This document shows, piece by piece, positions 21,947 to 34,180 of a DNA stretch of 64,000 bases. The stretch lies in the NCBI GenBank assembly GCA_965112155.1, contig OZ218098.1; one strand, 5' to 3'. The position numbers and the translations under genes were made by a program. The notes beneath the pieces were generated by a model, which had not been told where the DNA came from, searched no databases, and was given only the letters and a program-made list of their open reading frames with translations. The stretch's first letter is position 1; each line of letters begins with the position of its first letter. The DNA is from Podarcis liolepis. Taxonomy: Eukaryota.

Positions 21947-23140
21947 CTGTGAAAGGTTTTGCAAAGAGTTCCTGATGTCGTGCAAGACTCTCCTCAGCTG
22001 CATTTCGACCGTGGAGGGCGAATGCATGGCCTGAGCTTGGCGCCGGTGCCCAGCGTGCCTCAGCGAGTAAGGGCAGCTGAACGGGGAAGGCAAACCACTG
22101 CAAGACGACCCAGGGGTGCTTGGGATGCTGTGCGTACTAAATGTTCTCATATGCGCGCATAAGGGCCTGTCTGGATAGTCAAACTGAAGGGAATGTAGCG
22201 AGCACGACGACTGAGACATATGAGCCGGGAGGTGCAAAGGGCAGCTCTGTATTCTGCTCCGACACGGTTCGTCCGCCGCCTTGTTCAAAGCAGGCTGGGA
22301 ACCTTCTTTCCTAAGGGATGATGGTGCAATGAAAAGTGTGGATTTGCACCTGGGGGGACTGTGGTCTCTCTCCTCAGGGGGCTTCTCTTCCGTCTGCTCC
22401 TCCTTTCCCTCTTGTTCAGGAGTGTCGTACTTGTAAGTAAAAGACGGGGGGCTACAAAATGTCTGTTTTCCTGGAGTGAGCTGGACATTCACAGAGGAGA
22501 CGACTTTCACCGGGTTCAGTAGTGCAGATGGGAGAGACTGGGAGCGCCTCAATGGATAGTCCAACTCAGAGATCCGATGCCTTTGCTTGAAAAGAAAGTC
22601 TTTCGACTTGAGCAGCGAGCGACCGGCTCTGGAATCAGATGAGCCGCTTATCCTCCTCTGGGCTCTTTGCAAAGCAATGCTAACCCGCTCAGTGGACGAA
22701 GGAGATGAACTGCTGCTTTCTATAGAGGACATCGATTTAAGAATGTGGTGCGTTTTATACTGAGGAAATTCGTACTCGCTGCTTTTATCTGCGTCGCTCT
22801 CTTCACTGCCTTCCTCCAGCACTTCAGACTCTCCCTCCTGTGCAAGAACACCTTCATCTTTTCTAATATATCCTCCTCGGCCAAACTCTGTATCTCCTCC
22901 GGTCTCAGCCTGCCCAGTTTCGCCTTCTAGAACTTTCCGACCTTCTCCGGCGTCGCTCCCAGAAACTGCCTCCCTCTTCCGCTGCTCCACTTCTGTGCGA
23001 AGGAATTTCTCCTCATCAAGCTCATTAAAATAGGACTGCTCATCTATTGGCGTTTTGAGTTCTTCACTGTAAGATGTCACTGTTGTCTCGCTGTCACAGC
23101 TGTCAGCGCTGCTTCCCATGGCCTGCAATGACTCGTGTCC
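21947..23140 (-). CDS. ITPRID2: ITPRID2 exon 11 equivalent (1194 nt)
   Basis: GHESLQAMGSSADSCDSETTVTS...YPLRRSQSLP...EMQLRRVLHDIRNSLQNLSQ. Junctions CAG| and |GTAAAC. Confidence 0.97.
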
Positions 23141-23406
23141 CTGTCAGGAACACAATGAGAACAGGGTGGTGAAGAGGCAACAAAAATACCAAAACATTTG
23201 AACCTTTATGCAAATAACTTTTAAAAAATAAAATGAAAAGCAAAACGAGTCCATAAGATAGCTGGATTGGAGAAATAAGCATTCATGAGAAAATAAAGAA
23301 AGACTGGATGGTAGGTCAGATCTTTAATCCACTGAATTCTCTAATATACAACACAGTGAGGTCCAGTGTGGTGTAGTGATCACAGTGTCAGATAAGGATA
23401 GATGAA

Positions 23407-23760
23407 GTAAAGGTAAAGGGACCCCTGACCATTAGGGTCCAATCGTGACCGACTTTGGGGTTGCGGTGCTCATCTCGCTTTATTGGCCGAAGGAGCCGGC
23501 GTACAGCTTCCGGGTCACGTGGCCAGCATGACTAAGCTGCTTCTTGCAAACCAGAGCAGGGCACAGAAATGCTGTTTACCTTCCCGCTGGAGTGGTACCT
23601 ATTTATCTACTTGCACTTTGACGTGCTTTCGAACTGCTAGGTTGGCAGGAGCAGGGACTGAGCAAAGGGAGCTCACCCCATCATGGGTTTTTGAACCGCC
23701 GACCTTCTGATCAGCAAGTCCTAGGCTCTGTGGTTTAACCCACAGCGCCACCCGCATCCC
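23407..23760 (-). mobile_element. Sauria SINE inserted in an older tRNA-SINE (host starts ~23363)
   Basis: Family consensus. TSD AGGATAGATGAA at 23395 and 23763. Confidence 0.9.
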
Positions 23761-25437
23761 TTAGGATAGATGAAACCCAGGTTCAAATCTGCACCTAGCT
23801 AAGAAGCTCTGTGTTGGGTGAGCTTGGGCCAGCCAGCTTAACCTACCTTGTTCAGACTGCACCAGGAATCTACCCAGCGCTCATAGGAAAATGATCTCAA
23901 ATGAAACTTTAACAGATGGCATGACAAAAGTCTGTAATTTTATCAAGACAAGTTATTTGTTGTTTACTGTTGTGACAATCGTTTTCTCAAAATTTATCTT
24001 CTGTACCATGAAAATAAATAAAAAAGGTATTTTTTAAAAAAAAAATGGGGAGGGAAAGAGAATCACGTTTGCTGCCTTGAGCTCACTGGAGAAAAGGTAG
24101 GATATAAACATGGACAATATATTTTCTGCCACTTAAAAAAGAAGAAAAATACCAAAGATTATTCTACTCCTTAAAGAAAAATCTGTTTAACAGCAGAGGG
24201 CACTAATTTATAATATTTTGAGGTAAGTCGTCTTTGGCAATTCAGTCTGGATCCCTTTCCATTTCTTACAGAGAAGCTTGTTGCTCAAGCCAGCAGAAAG
24301 GGCTAGAAGTGCACAGGAAGAGACCGGACAGGCAGTCTTTTAAAAACTTCATGGCACAAGCAAAGCTTGCTTTGCTCAAGCTAACATTACAAGTTTCCTG
24401 CCTTTCAATGCCTTCATTCACACAAGCAGAATGTTACTCATGACATTACAGCATTTTATTGCTTGTGAACATAGTCATAGATCTACAAAATACCATATTT
24501 TTGCCCAGATCAACACCAACTACTGTGGGGAGGGGACTCGCACATTGATGTGATTTTATCCTCCAAGGCAGATGAGCCCTAATACTTATTTTATAAGCAG
24601 GTCAAAGCTTATAAAAGCTTATGGACTTTTAGTTTATCTTCGGGCTGATTCCATTTCTTGATGCATGCAACAGGGACCAAAATATACATTTGAAATAAGG
24701 ACTGAAGTATACATTTGCAGAGATTCTTAGAAAGTTTTATGCTCCCTAAAAGAAGTACATCTACATATAACCAGCGTAGCATCAGGATAAAAATAATTTT
24801 AAAATTGTAGTCAAAAAGAAACAAATAGATTTGTGTAGGGATTTACACAAAATTTTGTAAATGGTGAAACAGGGTTGCCATGTGTCCTCATTTTCAGGAG
24901 TAAAATTTATGTCCAGGTGGATTTTTTAAATTTGCCAAAATGTCTCTGGCTATTCTTTCTGGATGAGACATAGGCATAACTGGTGGCTTTTCTAGTCTCT
25001 TCTCCTGCCCCCCCCCAACAGCAATATATCACAGCTTCTATAGCCTACATATGGTAGGGGTATTGAAAATGAGAGTGGTCATAGCATCTTCTTTTTTGCT
25101 CTTCAAAATACGGCAACCCTAGAAGCAGCTTTGCTGGCAGTGCTATTTTTCTAGAAGAAAAGGTGCCAGAACTCACCATGAACACCTCCCTTGTTCTCTT
25201 TAGAATGGCAATGGCGCCCACCTGTGAGGGGCCGGAACTGAGTTCGGCCGAGTTTCGGCTGAAAGAAACACCCTGATTGGTGGCAATAAAATGAGAACAG
25301 CTTCATGGCTGTAACGTTATTGTTACTCAGTCACCAAGAGCCAATAAAAACCTTTAAAATATGCCTAGGACTTTATATATCTCTCCCCCCAAACATGTAC
25401 GCATTGGGGGTTTTTGGTAAAAAAAGAAGGTTTGTAC

Positions 25438-25529
25438 CTGCAACTGATTCAGCAAGAAGCAGTCTGTGGAAGAATCCTCGGCAAAACCACTGCTGTCAGA
25501 ATGCTGACTTGCCGATCGTAAGAGCTGGT
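25438..25529 (-). CDS. ITPRID2: ITPRID2 exon 10 equivalent (92 nt)
   Basis: [31 protein letters not shown]. Junctions CAG| and |GTACAA. Confidence 0.95.
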
Positions 25530-28195
25530 CTGAGAAACCAAGAGAAACCAAGAGGTATAAACAAACTTGTCTGCAATAGATATTGTGAACCAACACAGAC
25601 ACAAATCTGCATTTAGCTATAAAGAGCAGAACTGCGATGTTCCATCCCAAAGGTTGTGATTTGAAACCGTTTCCCCAAATCACACTGCCAGAACGAGAAC
25701 GCAAAAAAATTTCTATTGGTAGTATGAGTGGAGCCATCTTTTGTGTGAATTCCAGGACAGGCATTGTATAGTTTAGGTAGACACTAATAACCCTCTGGGT
25801 TCTCCCCTCTCCTTCCTTCCTGGAAAAGCAGTAACTCTCCAGTTATAGCCTGTAGAGACTTAGAAAATTCTGATCCACGCACAGGTCTACACTATTTGTG
25901 ACCCATGGAGCCAACAAAGTCAACCAGCCACATGGGGCCTCCCATCAGCAATTCAACCAATGTGTGCTGTCTGGGATACAGAAGCAGGGACTGTCAAACA
26001 TTGGGCAGGCGCAATATACATGGCTAGTAGTTGCTTTCAGCTTGGTACAACACAAGTGGTGCTAACGTGGTCTAGTAGGAAGAGCTTATGAACTTCTGCT
26101 GATTTACTGTATTTCCATTGGCTTCAGTGTGACTTGCTCAGTTTAAATAGGCCAACTTAAGTCATTTGCAGATCTGTGTGCCAGGTCAAGTGTCTTTCAA
26201 AACTGGACACATCTTAAAATTGAATTCAGCTGACAAATAAATAAAGCAGTCCAAATATCCTGCTAAAATGATGAATTAAACCTGCTACTTGCCCACGAGT
26301 GACTCTAACCATTAATAACATTATCTGTGCAGCCCCCCCCCCCGACTCCATGTTCTTAAGTCATTCTGGTGTATACAACATAATGTTGAGATTGGCTTTT
26401 TTATTTATTTCCTTGTACTTCTTCTCCCAATGGGAGCATGGGGCAACTAAACACGATAGAAGATATCACAATCACAACAAACAATAAAATACTGTTTAAA
26501 AACACACAATGTTTAAAAATACTGTCCTGTAAAACAAAACAGCAAAAACAGTCAGCACAACTAGAGTTGCCATATTCCCAAAAGTGAAAATCCCAAACAA
26601 GTTGGGGTTTTGGAGATAATTTTTAAAGCTTTTATAAAAAAAATCACCCTACTTGCCATATATCTGAGTTTTCCCGGACATTTTGCTGATACAGCAAAAA
26701 TCCGCCCGGATGCCATTTTTGACACCCAATTCCCAGATGTGTCCAGGAAAAATTCCCAGATGTGTCCAGACGTATGGCAGCCCTAGCAAAACTACTGGTC
26801 TGTAGACAGGTGTCCCAAACTGAAACTCCTCTTGCAAAACTAAGGAAAACTTTCATTGTTTTTAAAACTGCTGGACACACTGCATTCGGTCCAGGCTGCC
26901 ATGCTCCCAACCATCTCTTAGCTTACGTAGAGCTTCAGCCATCAAGGAGGCAGTATGCCAAGTACCACTACCTACTTAGTGCAGACTGGCATTTAACATG
27001 CAAATGCCCAATTACATCTGGATGCAGCGGAACACATCACAGAAATCCAAGGAAGCGCAGCATCCTTCCTTGGGAAAGTGCTGTAGCATCTGCTTTGCAT
27101 GCAAAAAACCCTCAGGTTTAACCCCTGGCATCTCCAGGTAAGGCTGGTAAAGACTCCTGCCCAAAACCCTGGAGAGCCATTGAGAGTTAGTATAGACCAG
27201 TGTTGTTGGACTACAACTCCCATCATCCCTAACTAGCAGGGCCAGTGGTCAGGGGCGGTGGGAGTTGTGGTCCAACAACATCAAGTTTGAGAAACAATGG
27301 TAAAGACAATAATGAGCTAGATGGATGGTCTGACTTGATATAGGCAAGCCTCCTATGTTCAGATGTTGGCAATGGTCACATATAACTGTGTCAATGGATG
27401 TCACAGGATTTAGTAGGTGTCCTTGCAGGCAGGCTGTGTCCTGCACGGGGCAGACCTTTACACATTTCACAAAGTTCTGTTATAAATAAAATAAGCCACA
27501 AAGAGGCATTTTACAACACAGGTCTCAGGATTCTATGGGGAATTAAAGTGCACAGCTAGAGTAAACATTGTGGCAGGATCCAACTGGAACTCCTCTTTTC
27601 CCCTCCCCACCTAAATCGCTTTAAGAAACTGTATAATTTATAAGGAATGGCTAAAAAATGGAGCAGTGAAGTTTCTTAAAAGGTTGATGAAAGGTTTTTA
27701 AAGGTTCCATGGAGCTGACAGTCAGTACATTTCTTACAAAGTTGCGCATGAAAGAAATAATAACAATTAATCCATCAGGAGCTCTCAAGAGTCTTACAGA
27801 GCAGATTAAGTCAAGAAAGCCTTTTAACATTTGAAGCGGGTTCAACTTGCTGCTCATGAGTGTTAATAATTTGATGACTTCACACAAACGTCGTTCAGAG
27901 CAGCGGCTACTTTTAGGGGCAAGCTTTCCAACTGAATCGGCTCTCCTGTTAGAAGGTATTTTAAATTGACAACGCCTGCAAGTGACTGGACTTGGGAACT
28001 CAACTCACAAAAGATATGCCTTATAGCCAAGCTATGGCTCCTCCACAATAGACAAGGGTGACAAAAGTATTTAGTGGTGTTCATTTTTTTAATTTTTAGA
28101 ATGTTTATTTGCAGATATTACAAAAAGAAAAGGAGAAGGGGGACATTAAAAATATTTTTTCCACCAGCCTCAATTTAAACATATAGATTAATATA

Positions 28196-28705
28196 CCGCA
28201 TTTTTCACCCTATAGGACGCACTTTTCCCCCTCCAAAAATGAAGGGGAAATCTGGGTGCGTCCTATGGGGCGAATGCAGGCTTTCGCTGAAGCCTGGAGA
28301 GCGAGAGGGGTCGGTGCGCACCGACCCCTCTCGCTCTCCAGGCTTCAGGAAGCTCTGCTCAACCCTCGGGAGACCGGCTCCGAGGGTTGCGCAGAGCTGC
28401 CTGCAGTCCCCGGCTCAGCACAGCTCTGCGCGGCCATCGGGAGTGGGGCGCTAAGTCCCGCCCCGCTCCGGATGGCAACGCAGAGCTGCCTGCAGTCCCG
28501 GGATCAGCGCACTTCTCCCCATCGCCAGCCCCACAAGCTCGGGGGACAGCGGGGAGGCAGAGCGTGCCTTCCCACTGTTCCCCGACCTGGCTCTTCCAGC
28601 CCCGCACCTGGGGGGGGGGGAAATAAATTTTTTTCCCTTTATTTCCCCCCCAAAAAACTAGGTGCGTCCTATGGGCCAGAGCGTCCTATGGGGCGCAAAA
28701 TACGG
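28196..28705. mobile_element. Tc1/pogo-superfamily MITE with an internal 62-bp perfect palindrome
   Basis: TA-CCGCATTTTTC...AAAATACGG-TA. Palindrome at 28287-28348. Confidence 0.85.
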
Positions 28706-30138
28706 TAAGCAGTCCATATGTCTGAATAAGTATCTAAATGAGATTGATTATTATAAGCCCTGTGCTCAAATGTAGAAAGGGCAGTGAAATCTTCAGACCA
28801 CTGAGTAATAGATGGTGGCCTTGCAAAGTAGTAATTGCAAGTTTTTATTAGGTTGGCCTTTGTGAACCACCAAATAATTTTTAAAAAAGCATTACGAACA
28901 GTAAAATTAATACCTGCTTTATAACTGAAGGCCCAGTGTGAGCAACGTTCAGAAACAAATAGTCAAAACATTTTCAAAAGAGAGAGAAATGCTCTTATTG
29001 GCTGCTTTAAAGGGCACACGAACTCAAAAACACACTGAAACTCAATCCAACAAATTCACATCAGCAAATTCCCCTTTGTAATAATTCTTATCATACATTC
29101 CTATCCACTAAACAAACTGGCTTGAACCTGTTACGCCTTAGTCAATTTTGCATTCTGCAGACTCAGATCTAAACCTGAAACCAGAAAAACAGGAGCGAGT
29201 TAACAGCATAGCAGTGTCCTACTTGACCCTTAACTTGGTTAGCGGTGGAGGAGCAGGGTCTTCATTTGCAATTTGTTTCATCCCCTGAGGAAACCCTTGA
29301 CCTCCAGGTGTTGGAATCCAGAGTCCATCATCCCTAATTGATGGCTGAGGCTGATGGGAGCTGGAGGGCCACAGGTCCCTCATCTTTGTATGTAAGGCTT
29401 TTGGCAAGTTGGCTCTTCTCCACTGCTCAACTAAAGAGAGCTATATAACGTTGACAACCATATAGACACTGCCTTCCAAAACACCTCAGGGAAGCAGAGG
29501 GGAACAGTTGGTGGGCTCAGGAGGAAAGAGTGGTGGGTTGCTACTGCTCCACCCCAGTATCTGCTGGTTAGCAGGGTCAACTCTGATGGCACCCTCTAGC
29601 TGAGAGGTTCTCAGATATCTAGGCCTTGAAGAACTGCTGGCCCTGCGTATTGACCTGTTTGTGTACTGAAGTCTGCACACATATCTGTAACTGTTGTATT
29701 AACTACCTCCCAAAACGAGAAGCAACTGTGCTAAAAATAAAGAAGCAACACCTCCTGCAATACTGAAATAATGGTCAAGAACAACAACAACAAATTGTGG
29801 CAATGAATTATTTCACATTTCCAGTGGACACATGCATAACTTTGATCTCCTCAGCTGAAAAACGCTTGTAAATCCATCCCAGAAGCTGAATACTGGTATA
29901 GTAGAAACCCAATGTAGTGTATGCTTAGGACTTGGGAGACAAGGGTTCGTATCCCCAGCCAGCCATGGGCTCATTTGGTGACCATCAACCAGTCCCCATC
30001 TCTCAGCCAAATGTACCTCACAGGGTTGTTGTGATAGTGAGACGAGGAGAGGAGAACCACGTATACCATGGCCTTGAGCAACTTAGTGGCAAGGCAGGAT
30101 ATAAATGTAGAAGGAGTACTAGTAATATCAACAGGTAG

Positions 30139-30345
30139 GTAGCCGTGTTGGTCTGTCATAGTCAAAACAAAATAAAATAACTAAAATAAAAAAAAATTCC
30201 TTCCAGTAGCACCTTAGAGACCAACTAGGTTAGTTATTGGTATGAGCTATTGTGTCGAAAGCTCATACCAATAACTAACTTAGTTGATCTCTAAGGTGCT
30301 ACTGGAAGGATATTTATTTATTTGATTTTCTTTATTTTATTTTGT
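30139..30345. mobile_element. Penelope-like element remnant with head-to-head inverted repeat
   Basis: GTAGCCGTGTTGGTC terminus and GCACCTTAGAGAC motif, as recalled for reptile Penelope elements. Inverted arms at 30198-30248 and 30260-30310. Confidence 0.65.
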
Positions 30346-30737
30346 TAGTAATACCATCATAAACCCTTTAAATGGATAGATAAAATAGGTGATGCTGGGC
30401 AAATGTCTTATCACAGGATGGCTGGATTCAGTATAAGGCAAGTTCATATGATTGCATTTGACTTCTGAGCTTTCAAGACACTTGGGTGTTCTTCATCTCT
30501 CTCAATCTGCCAGAGACTTGAGAGCTGGGGTTCCAGAAAGAACAAACTGTTACTTACGGGTTTGTTAAACCCACCCTCTTCTTCAATGTCGTGCTCACGG
30601 TTTTCCCCCACTCATTTTATCCCTACGACAACTCTGTGAGGTAGGTTAGACTGAAATGCAGCAACACTGGCCCATGGTCACCTAGTGAGCTTCGTGGCCA
30701 AGAGGGGATTTAAACCTTGATCTCTGAAGCCTTACTC

Positions 30738-30873
30738 CAGTGATGGCCAAACTTGGCCTTCCAGCTGTTTTGGGACTACAATTCCCATCAACCCTGACCA
30801 CTGGTCCTGTTAGCTAGGGATGATGGGAGTTGTAGTCCCAAAACAGCTGGAGGGCCAAGTTTGGCCATCACTG
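30738..30873. mobile_element. Palindromic hAT MITE inserted in a tRNA-SINE
   Basis: TIR CAGTGATGGCCAAACTTGGCC and a perfect 8-bp TSD, CCTTACTC. Confidence 0.9.
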
Positions 30874-32345
30874 CCTTACTCCAACACTGGCACACTAGCC
30901 CCCCCCCCTAATACTCATGTTGCTCCAAGGTCAAGCCATCACAGAAGAAAGGGGTGAGGGGCAGGAAAGTGGTGCCTTCCCTGAAATGAGCTTCCTCCAG
31001 TTAACTAGCATTGCACATGCTGGACATTTCAGCAGCACTTTCATTTTTATAGTGCAGAGCAAGGGTATCTTTTTGTTCCAGTCATAGGAAAGAAATCCAG
31101 AAAGCAAAACATATCTCCATTCGGGTTACGTAATAACAAATGCCGGTGCTGAACACACCAGATAAACTCATTTGGGTAAAATGCATTACCTAAAAAGTAC
31201 ATCATATCATATGTACAGGAAGATTGTTTTGCAATATTGTTTTTTCAGCCAAGAGAAGATTATGAAAAATGATTACATTAAGCTTTTTTCTTTTTAAGCA
31301 CAATTCATAAAGAGGGCTGTGACATTAAAAAAAGCTTGCATTTGTGCATGGCACAGTAGTTGTAAAATGCAGCAGTGTTTAACATAAAAATCCTAAGAAT
31401 GGGTTGCCCCCATGCTTGTAAAAAAAAAAGATGAAGATTATAAAAACAATCAGATATTGTACGTTTTACTGCATGCCTGCTAAACATGTTTTTCAGACTG
31501 CAGTAAGTTACAAAAAGCAACAGTGACCTTCTCCTTGGAGGCACAATGCCACCAAAAATGTATTATAAGTGCATAACATTCTATGCTGAAGAGCATAACA
31601 CTGGTATGGGTATCAAAGCAGCCGTTTAAGAGTCACAAGCTACAAATATGAAAGGTGCATCTGGACTCCTGTTTTGTTATTAACGGGCTTTGGAAAAAGG
31701 CAGTGGAAAACAGGTTGATGGAAATGAGATAACATCTTGCAATGCAAGGCTAGGGCTTTCATGTGAGCCTGAACCAAGGTTGAAGGACTTAAGGACTCGG
31801 AGAATTAATAAACAAAACCTGGGTCTGATAATAAGCTGATTTATTACTAAACAGGAGCATAGGGCTCTCAACTCAAAGTGCACACACTCACACAAGCATG
31901 TATGTACCTAAATTCTATTGTCAGCTGCACATGCACATAGCATCAGTGTCCCCCCCCCCCCAAATTGAGATCAGTAGCAAAATGTTTTCTGTATTGAAAC
32001 TGGAAGCACAATTCACTCTATATGTCTATTTTATTTATATTGCATAGCAACTTCTAAAGTACATTCAAAAGTTACATGCATGCAATGAACAATGCATTTT
32101 CTTGATCAGCTCCCTGAATGGTGGGCAGATATCTTTGCTACACTGCACAATAACCCAGTTAATTTGGCCTCCCAGGATCCCACCCCTTTTCCTTGCTCAG
32201 ACAAGGCTCAGGAATCAAATGGTGCTTTCCTGTAATGCATTCTGGTATTTCTTCATGTCCATCAGCTGTATAGTGCAGGCTGGGAATCCTACACTGCCCT
32301 TGCTTTCATCCTTTGGGCAATAGCGTTGCCCATATATTGGCAGAG

Positions 32346-32698
32346 AAGGTAAAGGTAAAGGGACCCCTGACCATTAGGTCCAGTCATGACCGACTCTGGG
32401 GTTGTGGTGCTCATCTCGCTTTATTGGCCGAGGGAGCCGGCGTACAGCTTCCGGGTCATGTGGCCAGCATGACTAAGCCGCTTCTGGCGAGCCAGAGCAG
32501 CACACGGAAACGCCGTTTACCTTCCCGCCGGAGTGGTACCTATTTATCTACTTGCACTGTGTGCTTTCGAACTGCTAGGTTGGCAGGAGCAGGGACCGAG
32601 CAATGGGAGCTCACCCTGTCATGGGGATTCAAACCACCGACCTTCTGATTGCCAAGTCCTAGGCTCTGTGGTTTAACCCACAGCGCCACCTGCATCCC
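32346..32698 (-). mobile_element. Sauria SINE
   Basis: Near-consensus copy. TSD TATTGGCAGAGAA. Confidence 0.92.
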
Positions 32699-33269
32699 TT
32701 ATTGGCAGAGAAAGAGGGGAATAAATGCTGCACCGTGAAAACAGACTTACTAGGGAAGAATCCCCCTTGGACACTGTGGAACTTAAAATGTGCAGAGGAC
32801 TGCAGTGGAAGACAATCTGTGTGGTCAAAAGTACGAGGCTTCTGTACAGTCAGCAGTCTGAAGGGCAGTAAAATGCTGGATGTACCACACAATTCAGGTT
32901 GAAAGAGTTTGTAATTTTAAGGTTTAAAATTGTCATTTCAAATGACAGGGCTCAGTTATAAAAAAAACAAAGCAAAATACAACCTTTCAGTTTCTCCGAC
33001 CCATCACCCGCAGCACAGAGAAGCAGAACCATTCATTGAGGTTAGAAACGTGATTCATCCTCTCTCATTTGAAGTGCCACTTCACAAGGGGAACACTATG
33101 ATTTGAAAGCTGGCAGAGAAGCAGACAAGGATCTTTTGGGTGGGCTGCAATTTAAGAAGCTCCCAAGTACTTGCATCAACATGTCAATGGGCACTGTCAG
33201 AAACAAATGGGGCTGTGCCAGAGCTGTTTCAGAGGGGGCCAAAAAGAATGAGGAGAGAAAACTACTCAC

Positions 33270-33342
33270 CTTTTTTAGTCTTGGCTAAAGCCAGCTGGCT
33301 CATGTTAAGAGCATGTGGAATCTCTCCTTCTGTACTTTGAAT
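33270..33342 (-). CDS. ITPRID2: ITPRID2 exon 9 equivalent (73 nt)
   Basis: IQSTEGEIPHALNMSQLALAKTKK. Junctions CAG| and |GTGAGT; phase 0/1 fits both neighbours. Confidence 0.92.
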
Positions 33343-34180
33343 CTGCATTAGGAATAAAATCAAAGCATTTTTTGAGTCATGCCCAACATACAGTTATGCC
33401 CACTGATCAACATAACTAGCTACTTAGCTGATTCACAATGCAACGCAATCAAATTTGGCAATCCAAAGTAAACATTCATTGCTGTTTATCACTAGTATAT
33501 CCCTTTCAGACTTCCTGCAGCAGAAAATAAGTACTTAAGCTGGAACATGCAGAACATGATATATGTGGAATAAAAAGACACCATATCAGTATTCCAGGGG
33601 CAATGAAGGTTTTGGTTATTTTTTTTTAAAAAGAGAGAAATGTTGTATAGAAAACACAATCATCTCCAAAAGAGCTTTTCGTTTTTAGGCAAGAATGTTT
33701 AAAAACAAAACAAAACAACAGCAACAACAACAGGTAGCTGTGCTGGTTTGTTGATGCAGTAACACAATACTGTATCATGATTTAGACCAAACAAAAATAA
33801 TAAAGTTAATGACAGCTAGCTTGTGAATTTCACTAAAGTCTTCTCCAAAAGCTGTGTTTAAAAGGGTGGAGGGTGACATTGTTTGTATAGGGCATTGTAG
33901 AGGCCCCAGCAGCAAATCTTCTGATCTTAAAACCACTAACGTTGCAGAGGTTTCTATCATGCCTCTAAGTCTGCAAGCTACCTCCCTCTCTCTATCTCCC
34001 CCCCCCCTCAGTCCAAACCACGTTAATACTGATCCTCAGAACAGTTCTGTGAAAGCTGAAAACTATCCCATTGCTTTAGGATTTTAGCAGATCCTAACTA
34101 ATCTCCCCTTATGTATCCATATGTATACTTTTTAATATTATTTGTACAGGTTCATAGATTAAGAATTGAGTATTCACACA

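Noticed and set aside
29219-29290. DPAPPPLTK peptide resembling the ITPRID2 PPPLTRS motif, considered as an extra exon
   Set aside because: The phase required after exon 9 gives an early TGA, and exons 9 and 10 already join in frame.
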